Positions 9,968 through 20,070 of a stretch of DNA of 64,000 bases are shown in pieces; position 1 is the stretch's first letter, and each line of letters opens with the position of its first letter. The translations under genes and the position numbers were made by a program. The notes beneath the pieces were generated by a model. The model was given only the letters and a program-made list of their open reading frames with translations, was not told where the DNA came from and did no database searches. The stretch comes from a virus, in IMG/VR virus record IMGVR_UViG_3300027976_000007, positions 78,111 to 142,110 of that record; one strand, given 5' to 3'.

Positions 9968-10672
9968 TTATTTTGATGGAGTTTGTTTTTCTCTTTCATC
10001 CTCATAAGCTTTAATTATATCATCTACTATAGGATCCCTATGATTATGAATTAAAGTTATGCTTTCCATATTCTTTATCTTTTTGGCGGCGGAATATATG
10101 AATCTAAATCCTGAGTCTCTTCTTGATTTTAAATCAACTTGATGGTCATCTCCGCATATCATCATTTTTGATCTAATTCCTATTCTAGTAGTAATCATTT
10201 CCATCTGTTCATGAGTAACATTTTGGGCTTCATCTACTACTATACATGAATCTAGAAAAGTGCGACCACGCATGAATGATAGAGGAACTATTTCTACTAT
10301 CCCATCAGCTATTAGTTTTTCTATTTTAGTTTTATCATATAGTAAAAACATATTTTGGTATATAGGTTGGATCCAGGGATCCATCTTTTCTCTTAGATCC
10401 CCAGGCAAGAAACCTATTTCCTCCTTTGATACTGTAGGTCGGGTGATGATTATTTTACTATATTCTTTTCTAAACAACCCATCTAATGCTACTTGACATG
10501 CTAATAAGGTTTTACCTGATCCAGCTTTACCTGCTAATATAGTTAAAGTGTTGTTTAAGATTTTATCTTTAGCTTCCTTCTGTTCTTGGTTTAAGTTGAT
10601 TTTAAATTTTATAGGGTTCTTAATAATTTTTTTGCTTTTAAAAATTTCGTCATCATGATGATTAGAGGCCAT
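9968..10672 (-). CDS. phoH: PhoH-like ATPase
   Basis: GKAGSGKT, ITRP, GFLPG, FMRGRTF, DEAQN, GD..Q.DL, HRDPIV. Confidence 0.97.
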   Translation of the reverse strand: MASNHHDDEIFKSKKIIKNPIKFKINLNQEQKEAKDKILNNTLTILAGKAGSGKTLLACQVALDGLFRKEYSKIIITRPTVSKEEIGFLPGDLREKMDPWIQPIYQNMFLLYDKTKIEKLIADGIVEIVPLSFMRGRTFLDSCIVVDEAQNVTHEQMEMITTRIGIRSKMMICGDDHQVDLKSRRDSGFRFIYSAAKKIKNMESITLIHNHRDPIVDDIIKAYEDEREKQTPSK

Positions 10673-10690
10673 ATATTTTTTTTATATTAT

Positions 10691-12040
10691 TCAATTATAC
10701 ATATTAGAATTCCATTCAAATTTTAGATTTCCCGTATTCCATACTCGGTAATATCCTCTATTTAACATAATCTCATATTCTGTAAGTTTGGGGTCTTCTC
10801 CTTGTTTTACTAATAGATCTTTTCTGAAGTTAAATCTATTATATTTTATTTTTGATTTAAACCAATGATATCCTGGAGTAGTAGGTTTTAAGGGGTTCAT
10901 ATTCAATTTATTGTATAAACCCCCATCACTCCAATCTCTGTTGGCATAAGATATTACTTTTATAGGGGAATGGAGGGTTATAAATTTCTTAAATAGTTTA
11001 GATGCTCCCCCTATAACATTATAGTATTTTTTATTACAAAATCTTAACAATTCAAAATGACCTTCGATATTATTTTGTTTTAAATTTTTTCGTAATTTAC
11101 TAAAGGTCATTACTGAAACTAATCCATCATTATAGAATAACCCTAAACTGTATTTACATATAGCATTTCCCTGTAGATGGTTTTCTTTTAAGAAAGAAGT
11201 ACTTTCTTTATTTGAAATGTTTTTTACAACACATTTTCTAGCATAAATTGAATTTGGAGTAATACTCAATTGGTTTTTGAGTATTGATTTGATAATATCG
11301 CTTTTTTGGATCCAATCACTATCCCAAATATGTATTAATTTTACCCCTAAAGAGTTACATTCTTTTGTTTTTTTTAGATGGTATGATTTGTCTTTTTTAA
11401 AGAGATCGGAATGATAATAAGTTCCATTAAATTCTATAGCTAATTTTAATTCAGGTAGATATATATCTATTTCTTTCCCATTTAATAATTCTGTATCATT
11501 ATTAATTATTTTATCTTTATATTCGTTTTTAATGAAAGAAAGTAGTTCTTTTTCTAGTTTGGATACTCCCTTAAATAATCCTTTTTCTTTTTCTATTCTC
11601 TTTATAGCACTTTTTCTCATTTGGTTTTTTGTTTCTATTGAGTGGGTGTTATATCCAGGTTTTACCCAATCCCAATGACCTTTAATATAGGAAGAAAACC
11701 AGTTCTTTTTGTCATATTTAATAAAAGTAGTTTCACCTTTACATCCACATTTACATAATGGAGGTTTATTATTAAATTTATGCTTTAGTATATAATTTTT
11801 GAAGGATATGTTATGTTCTTTAGAAATATGGAACATTAAATTCCTATAATCTTTTACATTAACACCACATTCCATACATTCCATTTTATAGGTTTTAGAG
11901 TCTTTTATTTCTTTGATTTTTTTGATTCTAAATTCCCCGTACTTCGAAAGGTATTCCTCCGTCTTTATTGAATGGTTCCATCTCAGATGCATCGCTAAGG
12001 ACCTAGCGGTTATTTCTTCATTACATATATTACATTTCAT
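10691..12040 (-). mobile_element. Free-standing Hef-like homing endonuclease (zinc fingers, NUMOD3-like motif, Vsr/DUF559-like nuclease, GNAT-like C-terminal domain)
   Basis: CxxC...HxxxxH twice, CKCGC, HSIETKNQM, EIDIYLPELKLAIEFNGTYYH, IYARKC...HLQG...ELLRFC...GGASKL...SYANRDWS. Confidence 0.8.
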
Positions 12041-12081
12041 GCTAATTAGGCTTTAAGTCCTGAATTTTATAATAAATATAT

Positions 12082-12114
12082 AAAAAAAATCCTGAAGTAA
12101 AAAACTTCAGGATT
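12082..12114 (-). terminator. Rho-independent terminator after the major capsid gene
   Basis: Perfect 11-bp stem aatcctgaagt / acttcaggatt, then a T-run on the minus strand. Confidence 0.85.
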
Positions 12115-12138
12115 CTTCTTTTAACTATTAATTAGTTA

Positions 12139-13767
12139 TTACAGTGTGTTCAATCCACTTACTAGGATCTTACCGTAAAATTCTGGTCTCACAACTTTCT
12201 TAGCGTATCTAGTCATCAAACCTTTACTTGGTACGTAAGTGTCTGGATCATATACAAGAGGTGTCATAATCAACGGAACATAAGGGGCGAAAACCGCTCC
12301 GGCTTCTAGGAATTGACCTCCTCTGAATCCCATAAGGATTACATTTTCAGTCATATAAGGGTTTTTATACACCGTATATCTTGAATTCATAGTTCCTGCT
12401 TTTTCAACTCCAAAAGCATATGTTTGTTTAGTAACATCACCGTCTGAATTAGAAGCAAATCCTGGGATAGACTCTAAAATAGTTCCTACTGCAGGAGAAC
12501 AAACTATGAAGTTAGCTCCTCCTCTTAAGGTTCTTTGGTGAATTATATTAGACAATTTTTGCATTTTAGTTCCAAGTGTTTGGAACCATTGTCCTTGGGA
12601 ATTAAAGAATCCTAAATCAGAATTTAATACACCAGCAGCACCTATTGAAAGGTTATTAACCGCTGACCAATATTCGGTACCAGCCGCTGCTGACTCAATC
12701 AACATATCAAGTATTTCTAAGTCTATATCTAAGGCGATATGTTCACTCATAATACTTGTTAATTCTGCTTCAGCATCCAAACTTTGGTAAGCATCAAGGT
12801 CTTGAGCGAACTCAGGAGTCCATTTAGCTTTAAGTTTTCTAGTTTTAGCAATTATACCTTCACTTCTCATTGAAATGTTAATTTCAGGGATAGAAATAGG
12901 ATCATTACTACCATTAAGGTTAGTATTTCCTTCTTCGTAATCTCCTCTATTAGCATCTGTAGGTTGTAGAGTATAAGTTATAGTAACGTTAGATCCTTCA
13001 ACAGGAGCTTGAGTTGAACTTACTACGAATCTCAAAGTAGAGCCTGAAGCCTTTGTAAAAGCGGACAATTGGATAGGTCCTGTTATAGATCCAGTACTCA
13101 ATTGGAAACTTCTGATTGCTTCAGCATCATAGTTAGGGATTGCAGAGGTAGGAATCATTACTACTTTCAAACCACCAGCAGAAACAGAAGCAGAATATGC
13201 TGAGTCAGCATTTATGTCTGTAAACCAGTTAGTAGATGAAGCCGTAGTAGCTGAAGAGATAGAAGCTGTGTTGTTAATTGAATAACCATATCTTCCAGCA
13301 CCATAAGATCCACCTGTTGTAGAGTTCCCGAAAGGACCAGTACCGTCAGCAGCTAAAGTCCCATATAAAGACTCACCAGCAGTGAAAGGGGTTTTTGAAG
13401 TTCCATATTGGAAATCAAGGAAGAATACTAAACCTGCAGGCAGGTTCATAGGTTGTACAGAGACAAACTCCTTAGTGGAGATTTGACCCATGATTTTTCT
13501 AACCATAGGAAGAGCTATTCCAGCCCATTGTGCTCCTGTACCAGTTGAGAAACTACCAGCACCAGCACCTCCACCAGTTGTAGAGTTTTCTACTACTAAT
13601 TGTTTTGACTGGTTCTCAAGGATCATAGACATATTGTTTCTTTCTGTTTCAGAATCAATACCTTCTAATAGTCCTGTAGTCTTCCATTTTTTGGCTAGTC
13701 TTGAAGCATCACTTTGTAGTGATTTATAAGGACTAGCACTTTCTAAAAGTGATTGTAATTTTGACAT
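12139..13767 (-). CDS. gp23: Major capsid protein (T4 gp23-like)
   Basis: VQPMNLPAGLVF, AKTRKLKAKWTPEFAQDL, DAEAEL, APYVPL, GLMTRYA. Confidence 0.98.
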   Translation of the reverse strand: MSKLQSLLESASPYKSLQSDASRLAKKWKTTGLLEGIDSETERNNMSMILENQSKQLVVENSTTGGGAGAGSFSTGTGAQWAGIALPMVRKIMGQISTKEFVSVQPMNLPAGLVFFLDFQYGTSKTPFTAGESLYGTLAADGTGPFGNSTTGGSYGAGRYGYSINNTASISSATTASSTNWFTDINADSAYSASVSAGGLKVVMIPTSAIPNYDAEAIRSFQLSTGSITGPIQLSAFTKASGSTLRFVVSSTQAPVEGSNVTITYTLQPTDANRGDYEEGNTNLNGSNDPISIPEINISMRSEGIIAKTRKLKAKWTPEFAQDLDAYQSLDAEAELTSIMSEHIALDIDLEILDMLIESAAAGTEYWSAVNNLSIGAAGVLNSDLGFFNSQGQWFQTLGTKMQKLSNIIHQRTLRGGANFIVCSPAVGTILESIPGFASNSDGDVTKQTYAFGVEKAGTMNSRYTVYKNPYMTENVILMGFRGGQFLEAGAVFAPYVPLIMTPLVYDPDTYVPSKGLMTRYAKKVVRPEFYGKILVSGLNTL

Positions 13768-13799
13768 ATTATTTTATGTTAATTTGTTGTTTTTATTAA

Positions 13800-14732
13800 T
13801 TAAATTTTAATACCAGCTAGTTTTTGGAATCTTGCAACCATAGGGTCAACCTCTATAATAGAAGTTTTAGATTCATTTAAATTGGCTAATGATTTTGAAG
13901 CAGAACCCATTTTGTTTTCTCTGATTGGAGCTTTTCCTCTAGGAGTTATGCTTTTTATCAAAGTCTCATATATGACTTTTGCTTCTGATGTTGTGGATGC
14001 CTTATCGAAAGATTCTAGAACTTGGATTTTTTGAGATTCTCTTAAATTGTTAACTTTAAAAATCTTATTTGTGTAAATAAGTTTAGCATTTAATAAATTA
14101 ATTTCATTAAGTTCATTTCTAAGAATTTTTACTGTTTTATAAGCTTCAAAAAGTTCTTTGTGATAATCAACTTCATCTTCTACTTCAGCTTCACCTTCAA
14201 CAGGGAAATCTGATTCGGATTCTAATTCACCATCTTGGTTCATTTCGTCTATAACGGAAGCTACAAAAGCTTTAAATTCTTCTTCAGTCATATCCCCTAC
14301 ATCGAAATCTTCTTCGTCTTCAGTTTCATCCTCCGTTTCTTTTTCTTCTTCTTCAGTTTCTTTTTCTTCTTCTTCAGTTTCTTCTTCTTCAGTTTCTTCT
14401 TCTTCAGTTTCTTCTTCAGTTATAGCTTCAGTTTCATCATCCATTTCTCTTTCGATTTCTGCTAGGATTTCGTCTAAGTTGAATTCCTCTTCTTCTTCTT
14501 CTGTAAAAGAGCTCTCTAAATCTTCTTCTTCTTCTTTCATTGTATCGTATTCTTCTTCTACATTTTCCTCCTCTTCTTCTTCTCCTAATTCGATTTCTTC
14601 TAACTTTGCAGCTAACATTGATTTCAAATGAGGGGTGAAGGCTTCTTCCAATGCTAGTTTAGCATTTTCAATAGCGGATTCTTTTATAGTCTTAGCATCA
14701 GCGATAGCATCTTCTAATATATTTCGTTTCAT
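13800..14732 (-). CDS. Prohead core / scaffolding protein
   Basis: Very acidic centre and coiled-coil ends. Lies between the protease and capsid genes. C-terminal RFQKLAGI. Confidence 0.85.
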   Translation of the reverse strand: MKRNILEDAIADAKTIKESAIENAKLALEEAFTPHLKSMLAAKLEEIELGEEEEEENVEEEYDTMKEEEEDLESSFTEEEEEEFNLDEILAEIEREMDDETEAITEEETEEEETEEEETEEEEKETEEEEKETEDETEDEEDFDVGDMTEEEFKAFVASVIDEMNQDGELESESDFPVEGEAEVEDEVDYHKELFEAYKTVKILRNELNEINLLNAKLIYTNKIFKVNNLRESQKIQVLESFDKASTTSEAKVIYETLIKSITPRGKAPIRENKMGSASKSLANLNESKTSIIEVDPMVARFQKLAGIKI

Positions 14733-14755
14733 GTTCCTAAATTTGTTTTGGAAAA

Positions 14756-14838
14756 TACGTTTATTGTAAACGTAATAGTTTTTTTGATATATAATCTTAC
14801 CATCATATAGAAAATGATGTATTGTTGATGATACATAT
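14756..14838 (-). promoter_or_regulatory. Structured leader of the scaffold/capsid operon: late motif plus two hairpins
   Basis: atacatat at 14831-14838; catcat/atgatg at 14801-14819; tacgttta/taaacgta at 14756-14774. Confidence 0.55.
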
Positions 14839-14856
14839 GTGAAGGAAATTCAAAGT

Positions 14857-14898
14857 AAAAAAAGACCCTAATGCTGATCTTACGGTAAACAGTTAGGG
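14857..14898 (-). terminator. Terminator-like hairpin after the prohead protease gene
   Basis: Minus strand CCCTAACTG...CGTAAG..CAGCATTAGGG-TC-T7. Confidence 0.65.
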
Positions 14899-14929
14899 TA
14901 CATTTAGTTTAGTAGGGGTAATAGTACTT

Positions 14930-15541
14930 TTAGTTTAAAGGACAAGATCCATTACCGCATAAAATATCTATGATTATAGAATTTATTACCCCATACTGGT
15001 TATAGTATTTAGATTCAGTAATGTTTTCTCTAAGAGGTTTCATAAAGGAGTTTGGATTGGATGGGGTGCTTACAAAATCCCAACATAACAATTCAAAATC
15101 ATCTTGAACCTCCATTATTCCACCTTCTTCTTTAAGAGATCCCATACCTCTAGAAGACACACCAACACGAATATTGTTTTCTATTAAAGCTTTTAAAATA
15201 TTACCTGATGGGGTAGGAAGGATTTCTATTTTCCCTATAATTTCATCCCCATCCCATCTATATTCTATAATATTATGTGATACGTTTTTTAAATTTACAG
15301 TTTGGGATTCTGGATGGTCTAGTTCTCCAGTTGCTCCATTACTTTTAATTAGTTCATCATACTTCTTCATTTCCCTAACCCAAAGCTCCCTGGAATAATA
15401 TCTACCGTTACCGTTTTTGATTTCCGCTGTGGCTAGTATCCCTTCAACTACAAGATTTCCCCTAGCTGATAGTTTACCCTCTGTAATGACAGGAGAGATT
15501 GTAGGTTTAAAGGTGGAAGTCTCTATTAATAGTTGTTTCAT
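14930..15541 (-). CDS. gp21: Prohead protease (gp21-like)
   Basis: NGNGRYY, GELDHP, TPSG, GVSSRGMGS, DFVSTPS. Confidence 0.97.
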   Translation of the reverse strand: MKQLLIETSTFKPTISPVITEGKLSARGNLVVEGILATAEIKNGNGRYYSRELWVREMKKYDELIKSNGATGELDHPESQTVNLKNVSHNIIEYRWDGDEIIGKIEILPTPSGNILKALIENNIRVGVSSRGMGSLKEEGGIMEVQDDFELLCWDFVSTPSNPNSFMKPLRENITESKYYNQYGVINSIIIDILCGNGSCPLN

Positions 15542-15544
15542 AAT

Positions 15545-17242
15545 TTATAGGGAATTTTTTCTTTTTAGAGGTCTTTTTCTTTCTTCAATATTATTATCTT
15601 CAATAGTATCACCACTAACTATTTCAGTTGGAGGAGAATAAGAACATCCTGCGGTTTTTTCGTACACTTTAACCATGGTGGCTTTTTTCTTTTCTAAAAG
15701 CTTTATTTCCTTCTCCATCTCCTTGATCTTTTTCTTGTCAACAAGTTCAGATAAACTTTCATCTTCAGAAACCATAGATAATCTTTTACTTTTTGAATCA
15801 ATAGCGTGTGATATAGCTTCTATTTGAAATTCTATAGTCGCAATCTTCCCTTGGTTTTCTATCTCCGATAATTTACTATCAAGGGTAGGTTTTTTCTCTT
15901 TTTTAGGTTTAGGGGATGGTTTTTCTCCTAAGGGGAGTTGTTCTTTTATAAGGTTTATCAGTTTTATGTGTTTCATATTTTTTTTACTTTCTGAGAATTG
16001 TCTTCCATCTTCAAATGATGCTACTGTGGATTCAGAATCATACCAATCCTCTACTCTATAATCAATATTACCTTTCCCGTCATCTATTCTATTTACATGC
16101 TGGGTAACTCTTTCTGATTTTGATATATCTCTTGCTTTGTTAATAGCTCTAGTTTTAAGGTCTTCACCCTCACCAGCATCGAACCCAAACCAAACATCAT
16201 CAGGGAATTCATTAAAATCATCTTGAGTATATTCTCTGCTATCAGCTTCAGGTGGGTTGAAATTATCATTATCATAAGGGGCTTTTAAAGGTTGTTTATT
16301 TGATACCCCTTCCTTCAATTTAACTTTAACCATTTGGTCTGTTTTTGAAGCTTTTAATCCAGGTAAGTCGTCTCTATATCCTAATCCTTTTACCCCAAAT
16401 TGACCATCCTTAACATAATGAAGTCTATCTTTAGTTAAGTTTTTAGCTACTATGTCTTTTATTTGTTCAACAGTTTTTTCGGAGTTCTTAGGATCTTTCA
16501 TTTCACAATAATAACCTGACAAGAATTCTTGTCCAAAGATATTATCAATGTTTTTTATATCTTTATAATCATATCCTTTAACCTCCATATCAATTACTTC
16601 TTTGGGGGTTTTCTTCTCTTCAGCTTTAGCTCCTTTTGCTTCTTTTGCTTCTTTTACAAAAGTTCTTCCACATTCTCTTAATCTTTTCAATTTATCGTCT
16701 ATTGAATTTAAAGCATCACCAAATCTGCCAGCGACTTCTCCTCCTTGAGGTTCAGCTTCTTGTTCCATATCTCTAGTAATTTGGGCTCTTTCATCCTCAA
16801 GTTCATATCTTTCTAAACCTTGTTGGGTTTTATCAACATGAAATCCTTTAGAATATTTAGGTTCACCATCTACTTGGTTTTTAAATCTGTCCCTTGATGT
16901 TCTAGCTCTCATTAAAGGGGAATCATTTACATCTTCTATTTCTTTTATTGAACTTTTAGATGTTGCGGCCGATATTTTACGATCCTCAAAATCTGAATAT
17001 TTCTTTTCCTTTTCATTTAATTTAGATTTAAATATAGAAAAGAAATCTGAATCTTCAGATTTAGTATTTTCATGGGAGTGAATTATATTATTTCTTTTTA
17101 AACTATTTATTGTTTCTTTTATATCCGCCGCATTACGGATAATAGAAGGGAATAGTTTCTTAGCAGTTTTTTTGAAAATTTCAACATTACCTTTTCCTTT
17201 AAGGATCAAATTATATTGTTCTTGTAAAGTTTTTTGTTTCAT
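15545..17242 (-). CDS. Modular head-associated / internal protein
   Basis: In the head operon. Charged segments punctuated by LQE/LNE/LRE/LKE/IKE, with an internal HIKLINLIKE. Confidence 0.6.
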   Translation of the reverse strand: MKQKTLQEQYNLILKGKGNVEIFKKTAKKLFPSIIRNAADIKETINSLKRNNIIHSHENTKSEDSDFFSIFKSKLNEKEKKYSDFEDRKISAATSKSSIKEIEDVNDSPLMRARTSRDRFKNQVDGEPKYSKGFHVDKTQQGLERYELEDERAQITRDMEQEAEPQGGEVAGRFGDALNSIDDKLKRLRECGRTFVKEAKEAKGAKAEEKKTPKEVIDMEVKGYDYKDIKNIDNIFGQEFLSGYYCEMKDPKNSEKTVEQIKDIVAKNLTKDRLHYVKDGQFGVKGLGYRDDLPGLKASKTDQMVKVKLKEGVSNKQPLKAPYDNDNFNPPEADSREYTQDDFNEFPDDVWFGFDAGEGEDLKTRAINKARDISKSERVTQHVNRIDDGKGNIDYRVEDWYDSESTVASFEDGRQFSESKKNMKHIKLINLIKEQLPLGEKPSPKPKKEKKPTLDSKLSEIENQGKIATIEFQIEAISHAIDSKSKRLSMVSEDESLSELVDKKKIKEMEKEIKLLEKKKATMVKVYEKTAGCSYSPPTEIVSGDTIEDNNIEERKRPLKRKNSL

Positions 17243-18102
17243 AGGTTGTTTATTTTAAAAAGCTCTTCCATTAAATTCTGATATTGTAGTAAATTAACTA
17301 AATGGTTATTAGTTATTTTCTCTTTAGAATTAACTTCTTGGAGAAGTTTTGATATTTCTTTTATTTTTATTTTTAATGTTGGGTCTTTAACTTTAAATAT
17401 TTCTTTTTTTAAGGAAGTTTTCAGTTCTAAAATCTCTTTATTATAAAAATCTTTAAGTTTAGAAGAATTATCTACAGATTCTATAAACTCCCTTAATATT
17501 TCTTTTTGTTTAGAGTTTAATGATGAATATTTAGTATTAAATTTCTCTAATAAAACATGGTATGTAAGAATTCTTAAATCTTTATCATAGGTTCTAAACT
17601 CAGACATTACATCGGTTTTGATTTTCCCTTTATTTATTTCTTTGGTAGAAGTAAGATATTCTAGTACTAGTATTTTGTTATCTATTATCTGAGTGGGGAG
17701 AACTTTATTGGAGGTATTGTAGATTTCAAATAAAGTATAAAAGGAAGCTAGTTCCTTATAGTTAGAGATGTTAGACTTAAATAATTCATCTACATCATAG
17801 ATTTCCTTCAATTCCTTTATAAGGTTATATTTTTCTTTTCTTAACTTAGTTCTATTGAGACTTTTTGAAGCTTTTAATATAGTATCTATTACCGTAGAAG
17901 CTTTACCTTCACTAAGGTTTTTATATTTAGATAGTATTTCATATAATTTATATTCCTTACCCAACTCTGTATTAGAGAAGTATTTTTTTAATAGAGGAAG
18001 GGATTTTGATTTTACCCCTGAGATAGTATCTGATGTTATTTTTTTCGTTAATAACTCAAATAGAATTCCTGTATTTTTAAATTTAGAATGTTTTATATTC
18101 AT
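17239..18102 (-). CDS. Helical hypothetical protein of the head module
   Basis: KHSKFKNTGILFELL start. Directly downstream of the portal gene, with a late motif upstream. Confidence 0.65.
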   Translation of the reverse strand: MNIKHSKFKNTGILFELLTKKITSDTISGVKSKSLPLLKKYFSNTELGKEYKLYEILSKYKNLSEGKASTVIDTILKASKSLNRTKLRKEKYNLIKELKEIYDVDELFKSNISNYKELASFYTLFEIYNTSNKVLPTQIIDNKILVLEYLTSTKEINKGKIKTDVMSEFRTYDKDLRILTYHVLLEKFNTKYSSLNSKQKEILREFIESVDNSSKLKDFYNKEILELKTSLKKEIFKVKDPTLKIKIKEISKLLQEVNSKEKITNNHLVNLLQYQNLMEELFKINNL

Positions 18103-18137
18103 TTCTATAGTTTCTTATAAATATGTAAAAGAGGATG

Positions 18138-20042
18138 TTATTTAATATTAGATTCATCTAAAAGCGGAGACGTATCTTCGGGAGATTCAACTAACAAACG
18201 AGTTTTTTCTTGAGGGATTAACTCTAAAGTATCCTTGTAAGATAAATAATGGGATGTTTGTGATTCTAAAGCTAATGGAGATCCACCTTTGGGTTTATAT
18301 TTTAATGGTGATTTTTCATTATTATAATCATTTTTCATCCCTTTCGAACCTAATCTATCATTCCCAAAATTGTCGGCTTGAGTATTTCGTTTAGTTTCAC
18401 TATTCTTAGGTCTACCTAAAGTTTCAGATTTGTTTTCATCATATCCCGGAGGAACGGATCCCGGAACCATTCTTCCTGGACCATACAGACTAGCCAGATC
18501 ATGAGGAGTACCATAAGATTTTCCTGTTTCTAGGGGATCATTACCTTCAGATTCAATTTGAGCCAATCTAAATTTACGATGTGAGTCCTGCATAATCAAA
18601 TCTCTATATTCATCATATTGATCCTCACTCAAATGGAAAATATGTTCATAAATAAAGTCAGTAGGGAATAAGTTTTGTTCTATCATGCTAGCAGCTAACT
18701 CTACCTTAGATTTTAATAATTCTATTCTCTCTTGATCATATATTATTGATGGGGTAGTTAATGAAATTTCAAAGTTTCCTAAATTCTCATCTCTATATCC
18801 TTGCGTGTATAAATGAATAATAGCTATTTTATACAATTCAGAAATAGTTATTCTTTGGATCCTTTCTATTGTTCTAGCGAATCTAATATCTTGGGCTGCC
18901 AATGTAGCTTTACCATCAGTATTTTCATCATATCCCATGAAAGCTTTAGGTACTTTTAAAGCCGCGAATAATTTGTCTCTAAAATATTCTACGTCTACTA
19001 TCCCATCCCATTGCATCCCTTGAGCCGTATCTATTTTTGTTGATGAGTCATTTCCCCTTACGGGGATGTAATAATCTTCTAGTAGGTTTTGAAGATTGAA
19101 TCTTAAATTATAATCTCCAGTTTCTGGATTTATATGGGGAGTTCGTTTCATAGTAGAAACTGTTTTTTCCATAAAAGCATCTACCTCATTTGGAGGGATT
19201 GATCCTACATTTAAATAAAATATTCTTTTTTCTGGTGCTCTTACTATCCTATGGATTAACATAGCATCCTCCATTAGTGTATATTGTTTAAATAATTTTC
19301 TTGCAGGTTCTATATAAGAACGGCCATAAGGTAAATAATTAACATCCGCAAGTAGTCTAAAGTGAGCAATTTCGTAATTATCAAATAAATTGTCGGTTGA
19401 ACCATTATCCTTTGAAGGTTTATAGTTATAGGAAGTATTGGGGCCTTCGGGACTATATCTAAATTGAATTTTGGTAGGGTTTTCTCTATCTCTTCCTTCT
19501 AATCTCTCTATATTAAATGCGGTATAAGGTATTACATTATATACTCCAAATTTTTCAGCAATTTCTAATTTTAGGAAAAAGTCTCCATATTTACACATAT
19601 TTCTTATCCAAGGCCATAAATTGAATTCTATGTTTAAAACATCATAGAATAAATTATATAAGATTTTTTGAATATCTTCATCGGTAGATTTTATTTGTAG
19701 CACCTCCCCCATATCATTTTTTAAAGTAGATTCATCTGCTATAATATCTAAAGCAGAAGCTACTATTGCATCTGTATCCATAGAATCATAATCTGAATAT
19801 AGTTGTGTTCTTATATTCTGGTGGTTTTGGTGGAGTTGATTTCCATATATTGAAGTACCATTTCCTGATGTAAATACTTTGTTGAATCTATCGATTACAG
19901 TATTAGTAGCTACTTGGCCTGATTGTTGTATTTGGTTTATGTCAAATACTTTTAATTGATTTTCCCCATTATTTCTTATGATAACATCAGTAGAGAATAA
20001 TCTTCTAAGTCTTGAGAATAAATCTTTTTTTATAGGATCCAT
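18138..20042 (-). CDS. gp20: Portal protein (gp20-like)
   Basis: ALDIIADE, MEDAMLIHRIVRAPEKRIFY, EDYYIPVR, ALKVPK, DIRFARTIERIQ. Confidence 0.97.
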   Translation of the reverse strand: MDPIKKDLFSRLRRLFSTDVIIRNNGENQLKVFDINQIQQSGQVATNTVIDRFNKVFTSGNGTSIYGNQLHQNHQNIRTQLYSDYDSMDTDAIVASALDIIADESTLKNDMGEVLQIKSTDEDIQKILYNLFYDVLNIEFNLWPWIRNMCKYGDFFLKLEIAEKFGVYNVIPYTAFNIERLEGRDRENPTKIQFRYSPEGPNTSYNYKPSKDNGSTDNLFDNYEIAHFRLLADVNYLPYGRSYIEPARKLFKQYTLMEDAMLIHRIVRAPEKRIFYLNVGSIPPNEVDAFMEKTVSTMKRTPHINPETGDYNLRFNLQNLLEDYYIPVRGNDSSTKIDTAQGMQWDGIVDVEYFRDKLFAALKVPKAFMGYDENTDGKATLAAQDIRFARTIERIQRITISELYKIAIIHLYTQGYRDENLGNFEISLTTPSIIYDQERIELLKSKVELAASMIEQNLFPTDFIYEHIFHLSEDQYDEYRDLIMQDSHRKFRLAQIESEGNDPLETGKSYGTPHDLASLYGPGRMVPGSVPPGYDENKSETLGRPKNSETKRNTQADNFGNDRLGSKGMKNDYNNEKSPLKYKPKGGSPLALESQTSHYLSYKDTLELIPQEKTRLLVESPEDTSPLLDESNIK

Positions 20043-20070
20043 TTTTAATTTTGATTTTAATTTTAGTTTT

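Noticed and set aside
14320-14420. (tcttcttcagttt)-type short tandem repeats
   Set aside because: They simply encode the Glu/Thr-rich low-complexity region of the scaffold.
16093-16275. Nested minus-strand 60-aa ORF
   Set aside because: Out-of-frame overlap inside 15545..17242 with no supporting signal.
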